NCBI GenBank assembly: GCA_034520665.1
Contig: JAXHNJ010000002.1
Coordinates: forward strand, 352,660 to 416,659
Direction: 5' to 3'
DNA length: 64,000 nt
DNA from: Patescibacteria group bacterium
GTDB lineage: Bacteria > Patescibacteriota > Patescibacteriia > JAXHNJ01
Shown here: positions 9,375 through 18,708 of the stretch, piece after piece
Layout of the letters: every line of letters begins with the position of its first letter
Position numbering within the stretch: the stretch's first letter is position 1
Translations under genes and position numbers: made by a program
Notes under the pieces: model-generated
The model's input: the letters and a program-made list of their open reading frames with translations, nothing else
Databases searched by the model: none
What the model was told of the DNA's origin: nothing

Positions 9375-10877
9375 CTAGACCCGAGGCTCAACCTCAGTGG
9401 GATATCTATCTGTAAAACAAGCATTACAGAAATTCCTCTCCTGATTAAAAGGTCTGGCAAAATTATCCAAGGTTTCATTTAAACCTTTAATAGAAAGGTA
9501 ACGAACACTGGCTGCTCCCAGTATCTGGGCTATTTCTTTTTCACTATGATTGGCCGCAATAAGCTCATCATAAGTCGGAGTGTCAATACCGTAATAGCAG
9601 GGAGCCTTGATCATGGGAGAGGGAATACGAGTGTGTATTTCTAGGTCCTTTTTTTGACCGCCCAAATTAGACCATTCTTCTATAACCATACTGACCAGAA
9701 CTTTTAATGTCGTCAACCGCACGATAGAATCATCAACAATAATGATTTTCACTGGGGTTTTAATCTGTCTTGTCTGGATTTTGCCAATCAAAGAAGAGAG
9801 GAGAGAGGGCATCAGGCTGTATTTGAGCCGGGATTTACGTTCGCGGTGACCTTCTTTTTCAATAAAAGTTCGGGTTATATAAGGTGTATGTACGAACAAA
9901 ACTTTATCATTGAGGTTTCCTCCTCGAGCAAAACCTTTAGCGGCCGGGATGCCTGAGTTTGGCACTCCAACTACAATTCCCTCTTCAAGGGGTTGCTCTT
10001 GATAAAGTTTTCTTCCCAACTCATAGCGAAAAGCGAAAAACTCTTTTTCGCCTATACCAAAAAGGCGGCTGTCTGGACGAGAAAAATAAATCCATTCAAA
10101 GGGACATCTTTGCCCTGGTCGTTTAGGCTCTACTAATTGATGTTTTTTTATTTTACCGTCCAAGGTAAAAATAATCAGCTCTCCCGGCTTTACTTCACCT
10201 TCTACTTTAGCTTCTGATTCATGAAAAGCACAACTCTCGGAAGCAAAAACCCAGCTATTTTTCCAATACCCATAGACTAAGGGGCGAAAACCATAAGGAT
10301 CGCGAAAAAGATAAAGTTTATCATGAAAGGTTAAGGCTGTTGAATAAGCTCCTTTAGTAGTCAGCATAAAATCTCTTATCGCTTTAGTAAAATTCCTTCC
10401 ATTTTCTTCTGCTAAAAGACTTATTTTTTTGAGAATAATTTCTGCATCATTAGGCATTACTATTTCACCTTGTCGATTGCGGCTACTTAAAAGAAAAACT
10501 TCTTTATCTTCTAAACATTTTCTCTCCTGATCAAGCAAAGGTAAATCTCCGTTTGAACAAACAACTCTTCTTCCTTCTAAAAAATCCATCCATTGAGGCT
10601 GAGCACAACGCATACTTTTGCTGCCGGCTGTAGCGTAGCGTGTATGTCCAGTGGCAATTAAAGGCTGAAAATCTCTGAAAGATTTCAAAAATTTATCATT
10701 AAAAACAGTGCTTACTAAGCCATATCCTTTAATAATATCTTCAATATAATCTCCATTCGAAAAAGCAGCGCCACAGTTTTCCTGTCCCCGGTGCTGCAGG
10801 AAAAAACCCATCAAAGCAAAAAAGGACGCCAGTTCTTCATTCCATTTTTTAGCCACATAGCCAAATACTCCACACAT
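9375..10877 (-). CDS. purF: Amidophosphoribosyltransferase (glutamine PRPP amidotransferase), PurF-like
   Basis: N-terminal MCGVFG (Ntn Cys1) and LQHRGQ class-II glutamine amidotransferase motif. RDPYGFRPL. PRTase motif IIVDDSIVRLTT. C-terminal Cys cluster. Confidence 0.75.
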   Translation of the reverse strand: MCGVFGYVAKKWNEELASFFALMGFFLQHRGQENCGAAFSNGDYIEDIIKGYGLVSTVFNDKFLKSFRDFQPLIATGHTRYATAGSKSMRCAQPQWMDFLEGRRVVCSNGDLPLLDQERKCLEDKEVFLLSSRNRQGEIVMPNDAEIILKKISLLAEENGRNFTKAIRDFMLTTKGAYSTALTFHDKLYLFRDPYGFRPLVYGYWKNSWVFASESCAFHESEAKVEGEVKPGELIIFTLDGKIKKHQLVEPKRPGQRCPFEWIYFSRPDSRLFGIGEKEFFAFRYELGRKLYQEQPLEEGIVVGVPNSGIPAAKGFARGGNLNDKVLFVHTPYITRTFIEKEGHRERKSRLKYSLMPSLLSSLIGKIQTRQIKTPVKIIIVDDSIVRLTTLKVLVSMVIEEWSNLGGQKKDLEIHTRIPSPMIKAPCYYGIDTPTYDELIAANHSEKEIAQILGAASVRYLSIKGLNETLDNFARPFNQERNFCNACFTDRYPTEVEPRV

Positions 10878-10959
10878 CTTACTTCCTCCTTTTCAAAAAA
10901 TAAAAAATTCAACTTTCAAAGTTCAAAAGAGCTTTTTATTTTATAATCCCTACCCATCC

Positions 10960-10988
10960 TTGTCAAATACAAAAAGCCATGTTATAAT
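10960..10988 (+). promoter_or_regulatory. Sigma-70-type promoter for rpsT (TTGTCA - 17 nt - TATAAT)
   Basis: -35 TTGTCA at 10960-10965 and -10 TATAAT at 10983-10988, about 35 nt upstream of the rpsT ATG. Confidence 0.5.
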
Positions 10989-11022
10989 GCTTTTACTTTA
11001 TCAATCACTAATAAAAATAATT

Positions 11023-11289
11023 ATGCCGATTAAAAAAGCAGCCATTAAAGCCATTAAACAAGACAAGAAAAGAAAAAAAAGAAACCAGAAAGTAAAAAAT
11101 AATATAAAAGAATTGCGCACAGCTTTTCGCAAAGCCATAGAATCAAAAAATAAAAAAGAATCTGAAAAGATTTCCAAAAAACTCATTAAAGCTTATGATA
11201 AAGCCAGTCAGCATAAAAGTATCAAAAAAAATACAGCTGCTCGGAAAAAATCACGGCTAATGAAGAAGTTGAACAAACTTAAATCTTAA
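11023..11289 (+). CDS. rpsT: 30S ribosomal protein S20
   Basis: MPIKKAAIKAIKQDKKRKKRN...KNTAARKKSRLMKKLNKL matches the S20 family. The ORF-track start at 10960 is an upstream extension that runs through the promoter; true start is the internal ATG at 11023. Confidence 0.9.
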   Translation: MPIKKAAIKAIKQDKKRKKRNQKVKNNIKELRTAFRKAIESKNKKESEKISKKLIKAYDKASQHKSIKKNTAARKKSRLMKKLNKLKS

Positions 11290-11310
11290 ATAATAAATAT
11301 TTATTTAAAT

Positions 11311-11345
11311 AAAAAGTGGGTTATTTAATTATAAGCCACTTTTTA
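11311..11345 (+). terminator. rpsT rho-independent terminator candidate (AAAAAGUGG...CCACUUUUU)
   Basis: Inverted repeat followed by a T run directly after the rpsT stop. Confidence 0.4.
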
Positions 11346-11935
11346 GTTATTGGGCCAAGCGACGAGTAAGAGCGTGATTTTTTGAGCCTAGAATATAAAC
11401 TAAAACACTGCCCAATGACCATACCAACCGCTCCGCCCGACATCTTTTTAAGGCTAATAGTGCGGCGATTCAAAAACTTTATTCCATTTCGACCCCCTCG
11501 ACTCTCTCACTTTATTCGTTCGCTCGGGGCAGGCTGAGTGGAGAAATCTCACTAAAATATTCATAAGGATCTCTCCTTTGTATAGTGGCGTAAAGAAAAT
11601 AAACCGGACTAAAGTCCGTATGAAAATAATATTTTCTTTTTTCTTAGCCACTTCAGATGTGTACTAATAAAATAGAAAATAAGGTTATGCTGACGCTTTC
11701 CTCCTTTTACCACTTCGTCCGATCATTAAAGAGTAGATGTCAGTCGCGACTGACATCTACGGATAGCAGGCCGCATGGAGAAATCCTGTTAAATTAACCA
11801 TAAGGTTCTCTCCACTGCATCGCGCTCAGCGCGACTGCGGTCGAGATGGTTTGAGTGATTATAATAGCGTAGGCTCGCGTCCCTTGCGCCTTGCAAAACT
11901 AGACAGCCAAGTCTGCCCTTTTCTTTTTAAATACA
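11346..11935. other. ~590-bp GC-richer non-coding block with structured repeats; candidate ncRNA gene(s) or element remnant
   Basis: Lies between the stops of convergent rpsT and holA, so it is neither a promoter nor a 5'UTR. Contains two 37-nt hairpins, GGAGAAATC...CATAAGG(A/T)TCTCTCC, at 11540-11576 and 11777-11813. Contains a perfect 28-nt palindrome at 11733-11760. Has short segments resembling RNase P RNA motifs (GAGTAAGAGCG; CATAAGG), but no complete rnpB or ssrA architecture could be reconstructed by eye. Confidence 0.3.
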
Positions 11936-11953
11936 AGAACAAACCCTATTAAC

Positions 11954-12946
11954 CTAAGAATTACACACCTTAAAAATAAACAAGTCAAAAAGCACTCTCG
12001 GTTCAGCCTGGCTTGTTTTTATTTTCAGGTCAATATCTAGAAGCTGCTGGTAAATATTTTTTAATTCTTTAAATTTAAAATTTCTGGTTTGAACTAAAGA
12101 TTTTTTAGCTACGAAAGGGTGTAAATTTAAACGATTGGCAATGGTATAATAATTGCTTTCTTCTTGGGAAACTTCTTTAACCTGAACTAAAATTCTAAAA
12201 AGACGGCTAAGCATAGCCAGTAGATAAAGCTCATTTTCACCGCTCATAATCTGATCCCTGATTAGTTTTAAAGCTAATTTTTTCTTTTTTTCAGCCAAGG
12301 CATCAGTCAATTTAAAAATATCCGTGTCATACTTAGTTTTTACAAATAAACTAACATCATCTTTATTAATAACTTTTCCTTTTTTATAATTAATTAATTT
12401 TTCAATTTCATTATTCATCTGCCATAAATCCTGGCCAACTAAAGCCAGTAATAAATCCAGAGCTACTGGTTCAATTCGTCCGCCCCTTTTTCTAATTTCT
12501 TTTTCAGTCCAGTTTTTTAGCCTGTACCCTTTGAGTAAACCAAAATCTTCAACTTTAGCTTCTTTAGCCAGATATTTTTGTAGAGGCGAAACTTTCTTAC
12601 GGCCTCTTTTTTTCTTACCGCGGCCCTGATTTTCGATATCACCTTCCCAAAAAATTAAAACTTCATCCTGGCTTAATTTATTTTCTTTTAAATATTTAAC
12701 TACTTCTTTTTGTATTTTCTCTTTTTTATTTTTGCCCATCAAATCTTCTATAACCACTAACTTCTTTTTTGAAAGCAGTCCTTTATTGCCTAATTTATTT
12801 CTTAAATCTTCCAACTTTAATTTTTCACCGGCTAAAACTTCAATATTAAAACCTTGAGGGTCGTATTTTTTCTTAAACCCTTCTCTGTAAAATTTTAGTT
12901 TTTGCCGGGAGCGAAAAGTATCGGCTCCGTAAAGAAAAATTATCAT
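11954..12946 (-). CDS. holA: DNA polymerase III delta subunit
   Basis: N-terminus MIIFLYGADTFRSRQKL... is a typical HolA start. 330 aa. The holA-rpsT neighbourhood is conserved in many bacteria. Confidence 0.7.
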   Translation of the reverse strand: MIIFLYGADTFRSRQKLKFYREGFKKKYDPQGFNIEVLAGEKLKLEDLRNKLGNKGLLSKKKLVVIEDLMGKNKKEKIQKEVVKYLKENKLSQDEVLIFWEGDIENQGRGKKKRGRKKVSPLQKYLAKEAKVEDFGLLKGYRLKNWTEKEIRKRGGRIEPVALDLLLALVGQDLWQMNNEIEKLINYKKGKVINKDDVSLFVKTKYDTDIFKLTDALAEKKKKLALKLIRDQIMSGENELYLLAMLSRLFRILVQVKEVSQEESNYYTIANRLNLHPFVAKKSLVQTRNFKFKELKNIYQQLLDIDLKIKTSQAEPRVLFDLFIFKVCNS

Positions 12947-13223
12947 AGGTACTTATTATCTTGACACAATTAATATAATTTGTTAAGTTTCACAGTCTGT
13001 ATTAGAATGAAAATTAGTTCTTTTAACTAAAAACAAGGAAAGTGAAAAATGAAAAAAAAGTAGAATATTTTTGTACATTTTTTAAATTTAAATTATCGAA
13101 AAGTAAATTCTGTAATTTTGCCCAAGTCCTTAAAGCCAAGGAGTTCTTATAAAAGATCTTACCTTAAACTTCTACTAGATTTTAAAAGACTTTCATTTAC
13201 CACCTAAAAGAAAGGAAAGAAAA

Positions 13224-13445
13224 ATGAATGATAATCTCTTTGATCTAAGGAAAAATCCTAATAAAACCAGTTCTGATGGTAAAACAAACAAGCCTGGAGA
13301 TTTGTTCGGTTTATCTGCTATTGATCCAAGCTATGATCCCACCAAAGACATTAATCTTCAAGAATATAATGGTGATTTCCAAGAAGAAGATCCAGACGAA
13401 CCTCAGGATGGTTTTCCTGATAATAAAATTTTCCACGTTTTCTAA
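13224..13445 (+). CDS. Small acidic hypothetical protein (73 aa)
   Basis: Good SD (AGAAAGGAAAG) 8 nt upstream of the ATG. Followed by a CCCCC...GGGGG hairpin and a T run. D/E/P-rich. Confidence 0.45.
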   Translation: MNDNLFDLRKNPNKTSSDGKTNKPGDLFGLSAIDPSYDPTKDINLQEYNGDFQEEDPDEPQDGFPDNKIFHVF

Positions 13446-13597
13446 TTATCCCTACCCCCAGTCTTTTAAGGCTCGGGGGTTTTTTATATTATAAAAGAAC
13501 GCCTAAAAAAAGACGCCCTATTATATTAATTTTACTATTTTGATAACTGAGCCGTTATTTTATTAGAATAAAAACCGCACTAACATCATTGCTATAA

Positions 13598-15337
13598 TTA
13601 AAGCACTTCTCCTTCTTTTATTTCTACCGTATTACTACAGGTAACCTGATAAGCTGTGTCCACCACACAAATAGAATAATAATGTGTACCCTGGGTTAAG
13701 TTTACTTCAGTTTTTCTGGCACTGCCGGCCTTTTTGCCTGTATCAACATAACTGACAGTACTGGCATTGGAGATCGCTTGCAAATAATCATCGGCTGGAT
13801 AGGTAGGAGTAGCCTCGGTTTGTGACCAAACAAGCTTATAGTATTTAAAATCTGATTCAATCGATTTATTCCAAGAGAGAGTGACTCTATCGGCACTAAT
13901 AGACCCCGAAAGTGTAACCGCGCTAGGAGCATCATTTTCATTGATAGCCGTGATCTGGACCACATTACTACAAATAGTTTCGTCGCCAACGGCGCAAATT
14001 CGATAGTAATAGCTAGTACCATTTACAGCTAATTTATCTCGATAACTAGTATTACTTTTGCCTAGGGCCGTTATATATCCGTCATCGGGGTATCTGAGAT
14101 CAGCATTTGTTTTTGAGCGAACCACTTTGTAATACTTAAATCCGGCCATAGATGAAAGATCAGTCCACCAGAGGCCCACTCCGGTACTTTCCGCTTTAGC
14201 CGACATAGTGAGAGAGATTTCGCTGGTTGAAGATGTTTCTGGTGCGGTTACGATAATATCATTAGAATAAACCCCGCATTCAGAACCTAAATACTGGCAA
14301 ACCCGAAAATGCCAAGTTTTACCATCTTTTAATTCCCATTGGTAGCTTTTATTTTCTCCCTTATTTAAGTAGACATAATACGAGCCCGGGTAAACTGGAT
14401 TTTCTTCCAGACTTCTCACAACTTTAAATCCGTGACTAACATCTAGCCCCGTAGCTGTCCAAGAAAGACTGACACCATTATCGCTGGCTGAACCGGTTAA
14501 AACAATACTACCTGTTTCTTCGGTAGAAGTATTGGTATTTGAATTTGTGTTAGTATCGTCACCCGTATCATCTTCCTCCGCTTTATTATTTTCTTCTTCT
14601 TTTTTAAAATCTAAAAATCCCAGTTCTTTTTTTTCTGACTGGTCTTTTTCCTTGTTCCACATGACAAAAGCGTCATTTTTTACTTCCTCTTGATCAATTT
14701 CTTTAACTACTTTAACTTCTTCCGGTTTATCTTTTTTTTCAATATAATATTTCTCACCCTCAGCCACCACCGTTTCATTGCCTTCGCCAATAACTTTAAC
14801 ACTGCTCTCAAAAACCTCAACTCCTTTTTCACCTTCATTATTAACCGTGCTAAAAGCCGTGCCTAATGATTGATAGACTACATCCATAGCTTTAATCTGA
14901 TAGGTTCTCTCAAGCTTGGCTACCCGAGAGTAAATTTCTCCTTTATCATTAGTAATAATAATATTATTCGGATCCATACTAGTCAGAGTAATACCAGCAT
15001 TACTGTTTAAACGCACAGCACTGCCGTCATCAAGATTAATAATGGCTTTTCCTTCACCGACAATTTCTACTGAATAACTCTCAAATAAGTTATCATTTAA
15101 ACTAGCTCGAGCCCACTGGCCATTAGGTTCTTTATATTCCACCACTCCTTCTAAATAGGAAAAGGTAGCCCCAATCTCAGTTTTTTCTTCCACTTCTTCG
15201 GCCACAGTATTAGTATTAGTCACTTCTTCTTCAGTAAAATAAAGCTGGTAAGCCATGTATCCGCCAATAATTACCAAAATGAAAACTAAAGTTAGAACAT
15301 AAGGTAAATAACTCGATTTTTTATTTTCTTCACTCAT
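13598..15337 (-). CDS. Membrane-anchored FecR-like domain protein with three C-terminal Fn3-like repeats
   Basis: N-terminal TM. FecR-like pattern (GxVEYKEPNGQWARASLNDNLFESYSVEIVGEGKAIINLDDGSAVRLNSNAGITL). Acidic linker. Three ~90-aa repeats with (W/G)xxxxxxx(F/Y)KYYK(L/V)V(R/W)S motifs, read as Fn3-like. Confidence 0.55.
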   Translation of the reverse strand: MSEENKKSSYLPYVLTLVFILVIIGGYMAYQLYFTEEEVTNTNTVAEEVEEKTEIGATFSYLEGVVEYKEPNGQWARASLNDNLFESYSVEIVGEGKAIINLDDGSAVRLNSNAGITLTSMDPNNIIITNDKGEIYSRVAKLERTYQIKAMDVVYQSLGTAFSTVNNEGEKGVEVFESSVKVIGEGNETVVAEGEKYYIEKKDKPEEVKVVKEIDQEEVKNDAFVMWNKEKDQSEKKELGFLDFKKEEENNKAEEDDTGDDTNTNSNTNTSTEETGSIVLTGSASDNGVSLSWTATGLDVSHGFKVVRSLEENPVYPGSYYVYLNKGENKSYQWELKDGKTWHFRVCQYLGSECGVYSNDIIVTAPETSSTSEISLTMSAKAESTGVGLWWTDLSSMAGFKYYKVVRSKTNADLRYPDDGYITALGKSNTSYRDKLAVNGTSYYYRICAVGDETICSNVVQITAINENDAPSAVTLSGSISADRVTLSWNKSIESDFKYYKLVWSQTEATPTYPADDYLQAISNASTVSYVDTGKKAGSARKTEVNLTQGTHYYSICVVDTAYQVTCSNTVEIKEGEVL

Positions 15338-15420
15338 AATTTTTTATTTAATTGATAAAAGGAGATTAATAAATAAACCTCCTTAATTTAATTTTATAAC
15401 AAATTTATTGATTAAACAAG

Positions 15421-18162
15421 CTAATCACACTCTCCCCAGCTTTGACCTGATTCAATATCGACCACTATCGGCACCTTTAATTTATGAATATTCTCCATGG
15501 TTTCTTTAACAAACTTTGATACTTTTGAAAGCTCTTTTTCCGGCACCTCAAAGACCAGCTCGTCATGAACTTGCATAATCATTTTTGACTTAGAGCTAAT
15601 CCGGGGTAACTCTTTGTCTATTTTGATCATGGCTAATTTTATAATATCAGCGGCTGTGCCCTGAACCGGATGATTAATAGCCGCTCTTTCGGCCGCTGCT
15701 TTTAAACCCTTATTACCGGACTGAATTTCCGGGTAATAACGGCGCCGGCCAAACAGGGTTTCATTATAACCCTCTTCAAAAGCCTGATCCCGACTGGTTT
15801 CCAAAAAGTCAGCTACTCCTTCATACAAAGAAAAATATCTTTCAATAAAATCGCGGGCTTTATCTAAAGAAATACCCGCATTGCTTGAAAGCCCATACAC
15901 TCCCAGACCGTAAATAATACCAAAGTTAGTCGCTTTAGCGGCGTAACGCATTTTTTTCGTCACTTTGTCTAAAGGCACTTCATTAATAATAGCCGCTGTG
16001 CGGGTATGAATATCCTCTCCTTTTTTAAACGAATTAATCATTTTCTCGTCCCCAGACAGAGAAGCCACTACTCTTAGCTCTATTTGAGAATAATCAGCCT
16101 TTAAAATCTTATATCCTTTTTCCGGTATAAAAGCATTTCTAATCTTGGCTCCAAGCTTGGTGCGAACGGGAATATTCTGTAAATTAGGTTTAGAAGAGGA
16201 AAGCCGTCCAGTGGCTACTATAGTCTGATTATAACTAGTGTGTACCCGTCCAGTTTTTTTATTTACTAATTTAGGCAAAGCCTCTAGATAAGTTGATTTT
16301 AACTTGCTTAATTCGCGGTGTTCTGAAATAAGATTAATAATCGGGTGACGATCTTTCATTTTTTCCAGTTCAGAAGCAGCTGTGGAAATACCAGTCTTGG
16401 TCCGGCTAATACCCTCGGCTGAAATTTTTAATTCTTCAAACAAAATTTTTCTTAATTGAAGCGGTGAATTTATATTAAACTCACACCCTGCTAGTTTATA
16501 AATCTCTTTTCTTATTTTAGATAAACGTGCCCTAACTTCCTGGCTCATTTCAGCTAAATAATCACTGTCAATTTTTACTCCCACTTCTTCCATTTCCGCC
16601 AAAACTCTGACTAGGGGCATTTCCATTTCATGAAAAAGTTTATCTAAATTCTTTTTATCCAGTTCTGGGTCCAGCTTTTTAGACAATTTAAAAGTAAAGT
16701 CAGCGTCTTCGCAGGAATACCAGCTTAATTTTTCCAGGGGAATTTTCTCTATCAGCAATTGGTTTTTCCCTTTCTTTCCGATTAGGGCCGTCATCGGCTG
16801 CATTTCATAACCGAGCTCAGAAAAAACCAAACTATCCAAATTATACTGCCTTACTCCCGGGTTAATTAAATAAGCAGCAATCATTGAGTCAAACCAAAGC
16901 GGTTTAACCTCCACCCCGGCTTGCTTCATAACAGAATAATCATATTTAATATTATGGGCGTATTTTAATATTTTTTCGTTTTCTAAGATTGGTTTTAACT
17001 TTTCTATAGCTTTCGGCAATTTTACAACAGAGACAAAATAAGCCTCATTCCCTTTAAAACTAAAACTAATACCCAAAAGACGGGCCTTTAAGGGCTCAAA
17101 GCTGGTGGTCTCAGTATCAAAACAAACTTCTTTTTGTCTTTTTAAAGCCTCAATTAACTTAATTAAATCCTTTTCTTTATCAATTAACTTATATTCCAGC
17201 CCCAAATCCTTGGCTTTTTCTTTTCTTTTTTCTTGATTATTTTCGCTACCTAATGGCATTTTACCCTGAAATCCCTTTCCCTTTTCTACTTCCGGCAATC
17301 TGTTTAACATACTTTTAAACTCTAGCTTTTGAAAAAGCTCCACCACTTCTCTCCGGTCATAATCATGGATTTTAGCTTTTTTCAAATTAAATTTAAGTGG
17401 TACATTACAATTTATAGTAGCCAGCTTTTTGGAAAGCTCGGCTTCTTTTTTATTTTCTTTTAAAAGCTTTTGCCAACGCTCTTTGATTTTGTCGATATTT
17501 TTATAAATTTTTTCCAAGCAGCCGTATTCTTTAATCAGCTTAGTGGCTGTTTTCTGGCCCACTCCTTTTACTCCTGGAATATTATCTGAGGGGTCGCCTC
17601 GCAGGGCTTTGTAGTCAACCACTTTTTTAGGCCCAAAACCAAATCTTTGTTTAACCGCTTTTTCATCATAAATTACCTCATCACTCACTCCTTTTTTTAA
17701 GGTAAAAACCTTGGTACTTTTATTAACTAATTGCAAAGTATCTAAATCACCAGTAACAACAATACTCTCAATTTGTGATTTGTGATTTGTGATTTGTGAT
17801 ACGATTGTGCCGATTAGGTCATCGGCTTCAAAACCTTTTTTTTCAAAAATGGGAATATTAAAAGCCTTAACCACTTCTTTAACCCGCGGAATCTGATCAT
17901 AAAGCGACTGGTCCGCTTTAACCCGCGTGGCCTTGTATTCTTTATACATCTTGTCGCGAAAAGTCGGGCCGGCTAAATCAAAAGTAGCCGCTACATAGTC
18001 AGGCTTTAAGTCATTCAAAACTTTAAGTAAAACCGAGGTAAAACCATAAACAGCGTTAACTAGTTCACCTTTTTTGGTGGTCAAAGTCGGAGGCAAGGCG
18101 TGAAAAGCCCGGTGAATCAAAGCATTGCCGTCTATAATTACTAGTTTTTCTTTTTTTGTCAT
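15421..18162 (-). CDS. polA: DNA polymerase I (5'-3' exonuclease + polymerase domains)
   Basis: 913 aa. N-terminal 5'-3' exo/FEN fold motifs and C-terminal family A polymerase motifs (DYSQIELR, QVHDELVFE). Confidence 0.95.
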   Translation of the reverse strand: MTKKEKLVIIDGNALIHRAFHALPPTLTTKKGELVNAVYGFTSVLLKVLNDLKPDYVAATFDLAGPTFRDKMYKEYKATRVKADQSLYDQIPRVKEVVKAFNIPIFEKKGFEADDLIGTIVSQITNHKSQIESIVVTGDLDTLQLVNKSTKVFTLKKGVSDEVIYDEKAVKQRFGFGPKKVVDYKALRGDPSDNIPGVKGVGQKTATKLIKEYGCLEKIYKNIDKIKERWQKLLKENKKEAELSKKLATINCNVPLKFNLKKAKIHDYDRREVVELFQKLEFKSMLNRLPEVEKGKGFQGKMPLGSENNQEKRKEKAKDLGLEYKLIDKEKDLIKLIEALKRQKEVCFDTETTSFEPLKARLLGISFSFKGNEAYFVSVVKLPKAIEKLKPILENEKILKYAHNIKYDYSVMKQAGVEVKPLWFDSMIAAYLINPGVRQYNLDSLVFSELGYEMQPMTALIGKKGKNQLLIEKIPLEKLSWYSCEDADFTFKLSKKLDPELDKKNLDKLFHEMEMPLVRVLAEMEEVGVKIDSDYLAEMSQEVRARLSKIRKEIYKLAGCEFNINSPLQLRKILFEELKISAEGISRTKTGISTAASELEKMKDRHPIINLISEHRELSKLKSTYLEALPKLVNKKTGRVHTSYNQTIVATGRLSSSKPNLQNIPVRTKLGAKIRNAFIPEKGYKILKADYSQIELRVVASLSGDEKMINSFKKGEDIHTRTAAIINEVPLDKVTKKMRYAAKATNFGIIYGLGVYGLSSNAGISLDKARDFIERYFSLYEGVADFLETSRDQAFEEGYNETLFGRRRYYPEIQSGNKGLKAAAERAAINHPVQGTAADIIKLAMIKIDKELPRISSKSKMIMQVHDELVFEVPEKELSKVSKFVKETMENIHKLKVPIVVDIESGQSWGECD
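17771..17798. repeat. Heptanucleotide tandem repeat (ATTTGTG)x4 inside polA coding sequence
   Basis: Direct reading of the sequence. Encodes QITNHKSQI in polA. Confidence 0.8.
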
Positions 18163-18332
18163 ATTCTTATTTTAACAAAAAATAAGCTTTTCGTCTTGCT
18201 AAAATTTATACTACTAATTTAAATCTACTAACCTTAATAAAAATATTGACATAATAAAAAACCTATGTTTAAATACCCTGTTATAGTACTTTAAATTTAA
18301 GATTTGTTTTTTTTACAAGAAGGGAGTATCAA

Positions 18333-18626
18333 ATGAGTGGTAAAAAGAGAAACAGTATAGAAGATTTAGGTCTAATTAAATGCAAAAATGTGAAAGGATT
18401 TTGTTCTATTTGTAAAACTAAATGGAGAGAAGGAAAAGACTGTCCAAATGGTCACAAAAAAGGTGTTACATATTTTGTACAAGAAAGAAAAAGTAATAAT
18501 CTAAAAAGAAGAAGATTAATTAAATGTAAACTTTTTGGAAATCGATGTAATATTTGTGGCTCATCTGTTGATGAATGCGGGATATGCAATAATCAACATG
18601 TCCTGGGTCAATTTTATCCTGTTTAA
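18333..18626 (+). CDS. Small Cys-rich zinc-ribbon-like hypothetical protein (97 aa)
   Basis: Strong SD (AAGAAGGGAG) upstream. Four CxxC/CxxxH pairs. Confidence 0.4.
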   Translation: MSGKKRNSIEDLGLIKCKNVKGFCSICKTKWREGKDCPNGHKKGVTYFVQERKSNNLKRRRLIKCKLFGNRCNICGSSVDECGICNNQHVLGQFYPV

Positions 18627-18708
18627 TTTTCTTTTTTCATTTAGAATATATGGGGGAGTAAAAAAATCTTTATCTATTACTTGGCGAATCAATTATGATT
18701 CGCCTTTT

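Noticed and set aside
10960-11022. Upstream extension of rpsT (MSNTKSHVIMLLLYQSLIKII)
   Set aside because: It runs through the -35/-10 promoter hexamers. The S20 homology starts at MPIKKAA (ATG 11023).
11346-11935. Assignment of the non-coding block as tmRNA (ssrA) or RNase P RNA (rnpB)
   Set aside because: I could not find a tRNA-like domain (GGUUCGAxUCC...CCA), a tag-peptide reading frame, or a complete P4 pseudoknot pair (GGAAAGUCCGG / ACAGAAxCCGGCUUA). Only short partial motif matches exist, so it is left as an unclassified ncRNA candidate.
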